Part shown: positions 11,256-21,646 of the stretch, piece after piece
Layout of the letters: every line of letters starts with the position of its first letter
Position numbering within the stretch: the stretch's first letter is position 1
Assembly (NCBI RefSeq): GCF_006345805.1
Contig: NW_021836817.1
Location: forward strand, 1-40,707
Direction: 5' to 3'
Length of the DNA stretch: 40,707 nucleotides
Source of the DNA: Octopus sinensis
Lineage: Eukaryota
Position numbers and translations under genes: made by a program
Notes under the pieces: model-generated
Databases searched by the model: none
What the model was told of the DNA's origin: nothing
What the model saw: the letters and a program-made list of their open reading frames with translations, nothing else

Positions 11256-11349
11256 TATACACATATACATGTAAGTATGTATGTATATATGCATACATAT
11301 ATATTACTTATAGTATATATATGTATATATATATATATATATAATATAT

Positions 11350-11700
11350 ATTATATTAAATTAGAGATAAAACCACTATTAGGCAAATCAAACAGTGAAA
11401 ATCATAAGCCAATACATAGAAATAAAATTAATTAAAAGATATAAAAAATATAAAATATAAAATATAAAAATCCAATTAAAATATTTAAATTAAAGTTAAA
11501 ATTAAAAAAATTATTTAAATTAATAAATTAAACTTATAATTTTAAATATATATATATATGTATTTTTATTATTATTTTTATTTTATTTATTTTTTATTTT
11601 ATTATTATTTATTTTTTTTTTAAATTTTAAACTATCAAAAAGTATTAAAAGTTTAATATAAGATAAAGAGTAAATATATATTTATATGTATATATGTATA

Positions 11701-11738
<38 letters not shown>

Positions 11739-12095
11739 TAATTAGAGATAAAACACTATTAGGCAAATCAAACAGTGAAAATCATAAGCCAATACATAGA
11801 ATAAATTAATTAAAAGATATAAAAAATATAAAATAAACTATAAAAATCCAATTAAAATATTTCAATAAAGTTAAAATTAAAAAGATTATTTAAATTAATA
11901 AATTAAACTTATAAATTTTAAATATATATAATATGTATTTTTATTATTATTTTATTTATTTATTTTTTATTTTATTTATTCATTTATTTATTTTTTTAAA
12001 TTTTAAACTATCAAAAAGTATAAAAAGTTTAATATAAGATAAAGAGTAAATATATATTTATATGTATATATGTATATATATGTATATGTATATAT
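11350..12095 (+). repeat. Tandem duplication, period about 381 bp, extremely AT-rich
   Basis: TTAGAGATA at 11361 and 11742. The units differ mostly by 1-nt indels in homopolymers. Confidence 0.85.
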
Positions 12096-12574
12096 GTGTT
12101 TGTGTGTTTATATATACATATTCAAATACATGAACAATAAAATTAACAAAACAGACAACAAGAGGAGATACACACAAGGAACGTGCTAGTTTGATGCTCA
12201 GCTCTTCATCGGAAGGGAGAAAGGAGAAAGTCCAAAGAAGGAAAAGAAATTGCCAGCCGCACATGTGTGGTTACATATAAAGTCTCTCTCTCAACTGATC
12301 AAGCAGGTGTCAAATGATTATGCTTCACTGAAGATCTGATGAAGTCCTGTAATGCCGAAACACGACAGCTAATGAGGTTCAGTTTGGTTGAGTAACATGT
12401 TTAGTGCACATTATCAATCCACATGAGGGACATATAGATCACACAAGATCTGTTAGAAAAGAAAGACTTTTTTCATACTGCTGCCCCTTTGACACTCAAG
12501 CCGCATTCTTAGCATCCCTGGCTCAACTAACCATCACAAACATAGACCACTTTCTGCAGCTGCAGAAACATAAA

Positions 12575-12930
12575 GGTACATTATTTACATTATTTACATT
12601 ATTTACATTACTTACATTATTTATATTTGACGGATATTTGTCCTCATCTTGTTTGTTGTTAACATAACATTTCGGCTGATATACCCTCCAGCTTTCGTCA
12701 GGTGTCTTGGAGAAATTTCGAACCTGGGTTCTCATTCCTAAGGTATTTTTCGATGTTGTTATTATTATATTATTATTATTATTATTACCATTATTATTCA
12801 GGTCACTGCCTGGAATTGAACTCGGAATCTTGGGGTTAGTAGCCTGTGCTCTTAACCACTACACCATATGCCCATGGGCAAATGTAAATAATGTGCATAA
12901 TTCCTCATCTCTTAAATATAGAACTGGAAC
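12575..12930 (-). mobile_element. tRNA-headed SINE-like element with a decayed hammerhead-ribozyme tail
   Basis: Minus strand: head 12873-12800 with A box TGGTGTAGTGG and B box GAGTTCAATTCC, then (AAT)n. At 12706-12661 it reads GACAC-CTGACGA-A-AGCTG-(10 nt)-CAGCC-GAA-ATGT-T-ATGTT, followed by 9-bp (AATAATGTA) repeats. Confidence 0.65.
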
Positions 12931-13115
12931 ATAAAAGTAAACTAAAGTAATGGATAGTTTCAGTTAGCTAGGGGTCATATGTAGCAGTGATGGTTGGTGC
13001 TCTGAATATAAGAGTTAAATACTGCAGAGAGTTGTTCTTTGCCCTGCAAGTGGCAGGCAAACTCTATGACACTTGTGCATAAAGTGTGATACTGCAAAGA
13101 AGCAAAATTTGAACA

Positions 13116-13310
13116 TTAACCTCTTTGTTACCTTATTTCTGTTTAAATACAGTAACTTGTTTTTTTTTAATGAATTTCAAAACAAAGTAGCATCTCGTTA
13201 AACAACTTTCTCGTTGTTAATTTAATATCTGGAATATATATTAGCATGAAATTTTAATGGATGGTCTTAATTCAGGTCATTTTAAAGCAGTATGTTTACA
13301 TCACAGTAAT
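13116..13310. mobile_element. piggyBac-type MITE fragment
   Basis: Begins TTAA-CCTCTTTGTTAC; decayed, inverted homologue of 34779-34993. Confidence 0.45.
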
Positions 13311-13663
13311 GGCTGGTTATATTATACATCCTGTAGAACATGCTCAACTCCTTTTTTTAACCATTCTTCATAAATCTTCTACAATCAATTTTTCGATACT
13401 AATCTGGCTGAGGTTGCCTCTGGTTCTGTATTGACAAGACAATCCCCTTAACCCCTTGGGGGTTGTTAGTGTACTACAGCCATGCAATTTATCTAGGGTG
13501 AGAAAGCCTGGCAGAGCCCATTCTTCTCCAGATTAAACTCATTTCTACAGTTGAGCAGACTGGAACAAGATGAAATGAATTGTTTCACTCAAGAACACAG
13601 TTCATCACCCAATCCAGGATTCAAAACCACAATCTTACAATGTTCTGCAGGATGTATAATATA

Positions 13664-13880
13664 TATTTCTTTACTGCCCACAAGGGGCTAAACACAGAGA
13701 GGACAAACGGATTAAGTCGATTATATCGACCCAAATGCGTAACTGGTACTTATTTGATCGACCCCGAAAGGATGAAAGGCAAAGTCGACCTCGGCGGAAT
13801 TTGAACTCAGAATGTAGCGGCAGACGAAATATGGCGATGCATTTCGCCCAGCGTGCTAACGATTCTGCCAGCTCACTGCC
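13664..13880 (-). mobile_element. SINE family C, young copy
   Basis: Closely similar to 7621-7836; ends GATTCTGCCAGCTCACTGCC. Confidence 0.85.
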
Positions 13881-14254
13881 ATATGTGTTTATGACTAGTA
13901 ACTGACAGAACACAAACGAGCTGAGAGACAAACTGATTACAAGAGGAATGAGATGCAGTATACAAGAGAGACGGTTGTTACAGATATGGGGTATATATAG
14001 GAGGAATGGCAATTGGGTAAAGCAGTGCTGATATATGGAAATGGAAGAAATCTGTGGAATAGGAATGCTGAGAAAGATATCAATAAAAGTGGTTTAAACT
14101 AACAGCAGGAACTTTCTAAAAAAAGCAAAAAAAAAAAGCAAAAGGAAAAGACCAAAACATAGGTGAATGTGTGAAGTGGTGAAATAATGTGCTGGGAAAG
14201 ATCTGTCCAACCTACGCATACATATAAGAGTTCACGTATAGGAGGAGGTCGATA

Positions 14255-14283
14255 ATGATGAGGGTGGTGATGATGATGATGAC

Positions 14284-14336
<53 letters not shown>

Positions 14337-14418
14337 CGATGATGACGACGATGACGATGATGATGATAATGATGATGATGATGATGATGACGATGATGAC
14401 GATGATGATGATGATGAC

Positions 14419-14456
<38 letters not shown>

Positions 14457-14545
14457 CGATGATGACGATGATAACGATGACGATGATGATGACGATGATG
14501 ATGATGATGATGATGACGATGATGACGATGATGATGATGAGGATG
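14255..14545. repeat. (GAT)n microsatellite with GAC interruptions, about 290 bp
   Basis: Directly visible; source of the poly-Met and poly-Ile ORFs. Confidence 0.95.
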
Positions 14546-14716
14546 ATTGTACTTGTGTTTATGGCTTGTATATATATAGTGAACAAGAATAAAAAGAATG
14601 GATATTTCAGGATATTACTACATATGTCTCCATAGCAATTCAGTAAGAACATCAGTACAATTGTGTAATTTGAGATACAAAATTATGCAAGTTCGTGCTT
14701 TTACACTTTTCTTCAG

Positions 14717-14788
14717 GTGGTACATCTGAATACTTTAAGGAGACGTGTCGCCAAAAAATTTCTGCGACATATACTTGGATTATTAGGA
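14717..14788 (+). other. Candidate 72-nt internal exon of an unidentified gene
   Basis: Strong acceptor TTTTACACTTTTCTTCAG|G. Two open frames: VVHLNTLRRRVAKKFLRHILGLLG (phase 0) or GTSEYFKETCRQKISATYTWIIR (phase 1). Weak donor GGA|GTAAAC. Non-repetitive, CpG-retaining sequence. No homology recognised. Confidence 0.3.
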
Positions 14789-14877
14789 GTAAACTGTCCA
14801 GCGGAAATACACAGAGGGGCTCAACTGCTAATTTGCCTTTGCCTCATTGATCCCCTTTAATTGATGATATATATTAT

Positions 14878-14985
14878 CTTTTATCTTTTACTTGTTTCAG
14901 TCATTAGACTGTGGCCATGCTGGGGCATCGCCTTCAAGAACTTTTTGTCAAATATATCAACCCATGTACTTTTCTGAACCTGGTA
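14878..14985 (-). mobile_element. SINE family A 3' fragment
   Basis: CTTTTACTTGTTTCAGTCATTAGACTGTGGCCATGCTGG matches the family A end. Confidence 0.7.
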
Positions 14986-15313
14986 TTTTCTATGTTATTA
15001 TTTGTTAACAGTACTGTGTATTATGAATTTACAGAAAATTTCATTACATATCTGTGACCTGATCTTTCATGCAATTTCCTTGAATGAATAGATTAGGATT
15101 ATAAGAGGGAATGTGTTTTAGAGACAGAGAAACTAAGAGGAACAATAACAGTAAATTTCCTATATGTGTGAAATATATAAACATACATACACACACATGG
15201 AACACACGTGTTTGTACACACACAGCACACACACATACATATATGTATATATACACACAGATATATACATATATAAATACACATATATATATAAATATAT
15301 ATATATACACACA

Positions 15314-15358
<45 letters not shown>

Positions 15359-15479
15359 TATATATATGTATATATTGATAAAAATGGTAAGATAACAAAA
15401 GAATGAAAGAGACCTCGATATTATGTAAGTAGAGGAATTTATCTGTAAATGTAATATGTGACAATTATTTGGTAGCCAT

Positions 15480-15540
15480 GATAAAACTCAGAGTTTCGGA
15501 TGCCGAGGTGGAAATACTCACCGGCATCTCTTCAGTTATC
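15480..15540 (-). ncRNA. Type I minimal hammerhead ribozyme motif (near-canonical)
   Basis: The minus strand reads GAUAA-CUGAAGA-GAUGCCG(16 nt)CGGCAUC-C-GAA-ACUC-U-GAGU-U-UUAUC. Helix I is GAUAA/UUAUC, helix II is 7 bp, helix III is the near-palindrome ACUC/GAGU, and the triplet is GUU. One extra C precedes GAAA. Confidence 0.65.
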
Positions 15541-15582
15541 CACCCATCGGAAAGATTTTCATAACATTTTTACCAATGGCTG

Positions 15583-15643
15583 GATAACTGAAGAGATGGT
15601 GGCATGGATTTCTACCCTGGCATCCGAAACCCAGAGTTTTATC
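15583..15643 (+). ncRNA. Type I hammerhead ribozyme motif, partly decayed
   Basis: GAUAA-CUGAAGA-GAUG(22 nt)CAUC-C-GAA-ACCC-A-GAGU-U-UUAUC. Helix I is intact, helix II is shortened and helix III has one mismatch. Confidence 0.5.
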
Positions 15644-15696
15644 ATGGCTACCGAATAATTGTTGCATATTACATTTACATATATATATATATCATA

Positions 15697-16140
15697 CGTG
15701 CAGGCATGCTTGTGTGGTAAGAAGCTTGGTTCCTAACCATATGGTTCCGGGTTCATTCCCACTGTGTGGCACCTTGGGCAAGTGACTTCTGCTATAGCCT
15801 CAGGCCAACCAAAGCCTTGTGAGTGGATTTGGTAGATGGAAACTGTAAGAAGTCCATCACACATATATATATATATAAGTGTGTGTGTGTGTGTATGTAT
15901 ATATATATTTATGTATTATATTTGTGTGTGTCTGTGTCTGCAATTGTAGCCCCAATCATCGCTTGACATCCGATGTCAGTGTGTTTACATCCCTACAACT
16001 TAGTATTTCAGCAAAAGGGACTGATAGAATAACTACTAGGCTCACAAAGAATAAATCTTGGGTTTGAGTTTTTCGACAAAAAGCAGCACTCCAGAATAGC
16101 CACTGTCAAATGGCTGAAACAAGTAAAAGAATAAAAGAAT
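15697..16140 (+). mobile_element. SINE family A, full length
   Basis: GTGTGGTAAGAAGCTT..GGGTTCATTCCCACTG..CACCTTGGGCAAGTG..GGATTTGGTAGA..(TA/TG)n..CTGAAACAAGTAAAAGAATAAAAGAATA. Confidence 0.85.
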
Positions 16141-16155
16141 ATATTATATATATAG

Positions 16156-16187
<32 letters not shown>

Positions 16188-16641
16188 CTACAAACATGCA
16201 CATATATATTTATAACAAACGCATACACACACATATATATATATATAGAGAGAGAGAGTGAGGGTGAGAAAGGGATGTAAGTGAGAAAGGGATAAGAGAA
16301 AGAATGCAAGAAACGATGTGTCAACAATGAAGAACTCTGGAAGTAGGCAACGAACACACAGACACAAAAACAGAGAGACACAGAGAAACAAACGCACACA
16401 CAGACATATGCTGTCACACAGGGACCGATACACACATAGTTGCACTCCAAAAGAGAAATATACACATCTATATACATGCATATACATATAATCCTTCATA
16501 AATACACATACATGCATATATGTGTGTGTGTGTGATATATTAATATATATATATATATTGTGTATGTTATGTATATATATATATATATATATATATTCGC
16601 CACCCTATATATATATATATATATATTATATATAAATTTTC

Positions 16642-16912
16642 AAATGTATTGTAAATAAACAAATGATAGGTAAAAATTGTATAACATATATGGAGTGTAC
16701 AACCAGATGGGAAACATACACAGGAGGTCCCTAATTCTTCGTCACTTATCATCCAGATGGTAATACTCAGTTTTACATGAAACTGTGTAATACCATCTGG
16801 TTGATAACTGTTGAAGAATTAAGGACCTTCTGTGTATGTCTCTTGTCTGGTTGTACATTCAGTATGGATTATTTGTTTTTTTACCAAACGTTTGTTTATT
16901 TACAATACATTT
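16642..16912. repeat. Fold-back inverted repeat, arms about 130 bp, moderately diverged
   Basis: AAATGTATTGTAAATAAACAAA..TGTACAACCAGA..CATACACAG.AGGTCC.TAATTCTTC..CCAGATGGTA pairs with TACCATCTGG..GAAGAATTAAGGACCT..CTGTGTATG..TCTGGTTGTACA..TTTGTTTATTTACAATACATTT; centre about 16776. Confidence 0.85.
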
Positions 16913-16985
16913 TTTCATTTATTAAACAACGGAATGCATTGCATCCCAGCTTTTATTAACATATATATGTGTGTATGTGTGTATG

Positions 16986-17016
<31 letters not shown>

Positions 17017-17130
17017 ATAAGGGAAGAAATTGATATTAATCAATTAAAACCAACCAGTGGCCTAGCATATTTTAAAAGAAATCTGAAGATTAAAAATTTT
17101 TACATACCATATTTAGAGGACTGACCACTA

Positions 17131-17162
<32 letters not shown>

Positions 17163-17747
17163 ATATATGTACATATACAGGTATAAATATATGCATTATA
17201 TGATACATACATACATATATATACATATATACATACACAAACACTCACATATATATGTATGTATATATGTATTTATGTATTTTGAATTGGTACAGCTGTG
17301 GCAAAGAGGTTAAGAAGCTTTCTGTATAACCATAAAATCTCTGGTTCAATACCAGTGTGTAGAATCTTGGACCAAGTGTTTTCAAAATGCCAATTCAACC
17401 CAAGGTATGTTACTGAACATGGAGCATATAGAAACTGTGTGGAAGCCCATTGGTTAGATTGAACCTATTTAAAATAAAAGTTTTGTCAGACTGTGTCACA
17501 TTAATTTCACCCAAGAATAATATTACAGGTACATTTTTTAAGGTACACCTGTTCTATTATTTAATCCATTAATACCGTGAGCATTTTAACAGCTGGATGC
17601 CAATCCAATGAAATCAATACAAATGTTTATCCTATATTGAACAGATGGCAGAATTCGTAGATCACTGAGCACACAACCTGGTGATATAGTCATCCTAAGT
17701 TCAAATCCAACTGTTGCTTATTTTACCTTCCATCTTTCCTTGACCAT

Positions 17748-17970
17748 GGAGGCACGTGGCTTAGTGGTTAAGGGTGCTGAAGTCATGATCATAAGATTGT
17801 GGTTTCGATTCTTGGACCAGGTGACATGCTGCTCCAGTCCAGTCAGCTTTCAAAAATGAGTAATTCTGTGAGAGAATGGTGTTTCGTCCAGGTGGGGAAT
17901 ATATATGCCATGAAACTAGGAAACCGATGCTTATGAGTCAGTATGACTTGAGAAGGTAACTTTATCTTTA
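17748..17970 (+). mobile_element. SINE family B head with alternative tail, copy 1
   Basis: GGAGGCACGTGGCTTAGTGGT..TCATGATC..TTTCGATTC..GCTCCAGTCCA..GCCATG.AAACT..GAAGGTAACTTT. Confidence 0.65.
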
Positions 17971-18208
17971 GTGGAGATGTGTGGCTTAGTGGTTAGAGTG
18001 TTGGACTCATGATCGGTAGATCATGGATTTAATTCCTGGACTGGCCAATGTGTTGTGTTCACATTGCTCCAGTCCACTGAGCTGGCATAAGCAAGAAATC
18101 CTATGACAGACTGGTGTCCTATCCAGGTAAGGAATATGCCATGGAAACTGAGAAACTGACCTTGTAAGTCCGTATGATTTGGGAGGGAACTTTACTTTAC
18201 TTTTACTT
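17971..18208 (+). mobile_element. SINE family B head with alternative tail, copy 2 (abutting copy 1)
   Basis: GGAGATGTGTGGCTTAGTGGTTAGAGTG..CTCATGATC..GCTCCAGTCCAC..GCCATGGAAACT..GGGAACTTTACTTTACTT. Confidence 0.65.
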
Positions 18209-18555
18209 CCTTGACTAATAAAATAACTAGCCATCAATAAAAATAAGTAAGAACCAATATACTATGTGGTCATTAAAAGAAATAGAAGCAAATTCCTTTT
18301 GCAACATGTTTATTTGGCACTATTTTTAAAAAGGGGAAGGCATATTAGTTAGCATAGGTGTAGATATGTTAACTCCAAAAGCAAGAAATTAACAAAGAAA
18401 ATAAAAGATTGAAAACTAAAGCATCTGTCGTCGGAAACATTTTTCAAGGTGCTGTGTAACAGAGATGAACTTGAGACCTCATAACGGCAGAGTAAAATTT
18501 CTCACTAACTGGCTAAGACTGTATATTGCATACAGTGTAAGCAATTGAGCATGTG

Positions 18556-18598
<43 letters not shown>

Positions 18599-18614
18599 AC
18601 GATGATGATGATGA

Positions 18615-18655
<41 letters not shown>

Positions 18656-18661
18656 TGCATA

Positions 18662-19485
18662 CAGGGTGTGGTGAATAAACTGTCATCTAAATTACACAAA
18701 ATGGAAATAACACTGATATCTCATTTTAACAGATTTATTTACCAAAATTATTTATTTACCAAAACATATCTTGAAATAGTAAAGAGTAAATTTATTCAAT
18801 AAAATCGCCACTGGCTTCAGCCATGGCCTCCAGACGACTTCGGAATCTCCTGCAACTCATCTGGATGCTGCAGTAATCCTTGTCTTCAATTTATCTTTGG
18901 TGCTACAAGAAGTTTTTTTTGGTCTCTTGCTCAACTGCACTCCACACATAATAATCAAGGGAGTTGCAATCAGGGGAGTTAGGTGGCCAGATGTTAGGGG
19001 GTGATATAGTCACAGAAATAGTCTGACAGCCATGACTGCTTTCTCCTGCTTATGTGGCATGGTGCAGAGTCCTGTTGCCAGACATAGGGTCTTCCAGCAG
19101 CCACCCACTTTATCCAGAGCAGCACATCCTCCACCACGCACAAGATGTAGGCACCCGTGTGGGCCATGTGGGAGGTTGAAAGGAAGCATAACGTCGCCAT
19201 CATTAGTGATCACTCAAAACACCATGATGTTGACTGGATGTTTTGATTTTTATAATTCTCAGTACACGTCCTTAGATTGACACCCAAACACTCTGAAATG
19301 TTCCTACAGTACAGCATGTTGTTTCCAAATTTCTGGCAGAGTGAATTGTATCATGGTGCTGTTTTTCTCACAGACAGTGTCCAACTGACCCTACTATATT
19401 GTGTAATTGACAAAATCAACAACAAACAATGTACATGCATAAAATTAAAAATATAAGATTGTGACAATTTACCCATCACATCCTG
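18662..19485 (-). mobile_element. Internally deleted Tc1/mariner element, DD37D (maT-type) transposase remnant, both TIRs
   Basis: Minus-strand translation: KHPVNIMVF*VITNDGDVM..., then YVWQQDSAPCHISRRKQSWLSDYFCDYITP, a +1 frameshift, NIWPPNSPDCNSLDYYVW..., and CRRFRSRLEAMAEASGDFIE*. There are 37 residues between the second and third D. TIRs: TA-CAGGGTGTGGTGAATAAACTGTC and GACAATTTACCCATCACATCCTG. Confidence 0.85.
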
Positions 19486-19526
19486 TTTATAGTGTGTGTG
19501 TGTATTGATATATATATATGTAATTA

Positions 19527-19610
<84 letters not shown>

Positions 19611-19762
19611 TGTGTATGTATGTATGCTTATGTATTATGTATGTATGTATGTATGTATGTATGTATGTTGCAGTATGTATGTATGTATGTATGTATGTAT
19701 GTATGTATGTATGTATGTATGTATGTATGTTTGTGCATATGTTTTTATGAATATATATATGT

Positions 19763-20163
19763 GTGCAGGCATGGTTGTATGGTAGGAAGTTTGCCTCCCA
19801 GCCACATAGTCCTGGGTTCGATCCGTCTGCATGGCACCTTGGGCAAATGTCATCTACTATAGCCATGGAACTACCAGAAACTTGTGAACTGATTAAGAAG
19901 ATGGAAACTGAAAGAAGCTCGGCATATAATATATATGTGTGTGTATTTTTGTTTGTGTCTGTGTTATTCCCCACTTGACAACCTTCAACACTTAATAGCC
20001 AGTATTAATGTGTATATGTCCCCATAACTTAGTGGTTCAACAAAACACACTGATAGAAGTACTAGGCATAAAAGAAAGTTCTGGGGTAAATTTCTTCAAA
20101 TAAAACTCTTTAAAGTGGTACCCCAGCATGTCCACAGTCAAATGATAAACAAGTAAAAGATAA
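19763..20163 (+). mobile_element. SINE family A, older full-length copy
   Basis: GTGCAGGCATGGTTGTATGGTAGGAAG..GGGTTCGATCC..CACCTTGGGCAA..GGAAACTGAAAGAAGC..AACAAGTAAAAGATAA. Confidence 0.8.
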
Positions 20164-20704
20164 ATGATATATATACATATATATATCATTTCATATATAT
20201 ACACACACACACACATATATATATATGTATGTGTATGTGTGTGTTTGTGGGTGTGTGTATACACACACAAAGACACACATATATATCACGTATGTATATA
20301 TAAATATATACATGCATGCATGTATGTATGTGTGTGTGTGTGTGTACATGCATGGATGGAAGGACATAAGATGGATGAAAGTATGAATATTTTGCAGTTT
20401 AACACCTGGTCAGCCCTGATTCCTCGGTCCCATATTGATAAGCAATCCCACCATGACCATAACAATTACTCCATCTATCCATGACTGCATTATCCAAGAT
20501 GTCTTATTTTGAAAATGATATAAATAAATTTGAGGTAGATTAGGCTCCTATTTCCAGCACATCAATAATCCTCTGTACTATTAATATCATTGATTTGTTA
20601 GTTGTTTCTTGTCCTACACTATCATATTACATATATACACACTTACACAGACTCATGCAAACACACACATACTAACAGACACATATATGCACACATATGC
20701 ACAA

Positions 20705-20901
20705 ACAAGCACACATTTAATTTCATTATATTTTGTGTCTGTATCATAATTATCATTCTATATATATTTATATTTGCAATTATTTAGTTGCATTTCAAAT
20801 TATTAGATAATTACAATTATTCTGTTTTCTGTTTTCCCTCATTAATTGATTTGTGTTTGTTTCTTTTTCCTTGAAATTAAATCCCAAATTTAAACACCAT
20901 C
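20705..20901 (+). repeat. About 195-bp AT-rich segment duplicated at 22049-22243
   Basis: ACAAGCACAC.TTTAATTTCATTAT..TTTGCAATTATTTAGTTGCATTTCAAATT..TTTAAACACCATC occurs at both loci with scattered substitutions. Confidence 0.85.
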
Positions 20902-21288
20902 AATAGGAAAAATATATTCCAGCATAAATTGTCAATAAATTAAATATATTTGTGTGTGTGTTTGTGGGTTTGTGTGTGTGTGTGTGTGCATATGTGCACA
21001 TGTGTGTGGTGTGTAATATTATATAATAATATATTATATCTATATATATATGCATACATATATATGTATACATATGAAATACATGCATACACGCTTATAG
21101 ACATATGCATACACATATATGCAGGCATATAAATACAGATGCCTATGAGTGTAGCTAAATATATGTGTGTGGGTGTGTTTATACATGTTTATATTCACAC
21201 ACACACACACATACATATATATATATACACATACATATACATATACAAATATGCAAATACACACATGCAATATATATATATATAAATA

Positions 21289-21323
<35 letters not shown>

Positions 21324-21646
21324 CCACACATCCCCCCCCCCCCATGTCTATATCTGTATATGCATATTTCTCTGGTTGTTGGTGTGTAGGTATATATCAA
21401 AACTAGTCTTCAGTCTACCATTAGTTGTGAGAGATGCAACATTAAGTGAAGTGGTCTGGGACCTATTCGTATAATAAGCTTGGGGCTTGTACTTACTCAC
21501 CTATAACTATTATACTCAATTGACTAACTTCTATTTCCTGTAAAGTGTCCACCTATGGAACTTCCATGTGGTCCTGTAGAAATGGTAGCTAAATCTCATA
21601 CACATCTCACTATACTGACACATTAAAAGTAACGCATTAAATAAGG

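Larger units (their letters stand above)
15444..15679. repeat. Fold-back inverted repeat, arms about 110 bp, each containing a hammerhead motif
   Basis: TGTAAATGTAATATG..GGTAGCCATGATAAAACTC..TTTCGGATGCC..CATCTCTTCAGTTATCCA pairs with TGGATAACTGAAGAGATG..GGCATCCGAAAC..GAGTTTTATCATGGCTACC..CATATTACATTTACA. Confidence 0.9.

Noticed and set aside
12576-12625. CRISPR-like or regularly spaced repeat array
   Set aside because: Simple 9-bp tandem repeat without spacers; eukaryotic context. No CRISPR-like array was found anywhere in the window.
12800-12873. tRNA gene (also considered for other SINE heads)
   Set aside because: A and B boxes are present, but there is no closed acceptor stem or T terminator; these are tRNA-derived heads.
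14212-14652. Poly-Ile and poly-Met ORFs
   Set aside because: Translations of a (GAT)n microsatellite.
16700-16860. Functional hammerhead in the 16.6-kb palindrome
   Set aside because: Only a degenerate CTGANGA box; no GAAA or helix III.
21500-21540. Minus-strand 37-nt exon candidate (TTTACAG|GAAATAGAA..TTATAG|GTGAGT)
   Set aside because: Good donor but poor pyrimidine tract, adjacent to a decayed repeat; likely chance.
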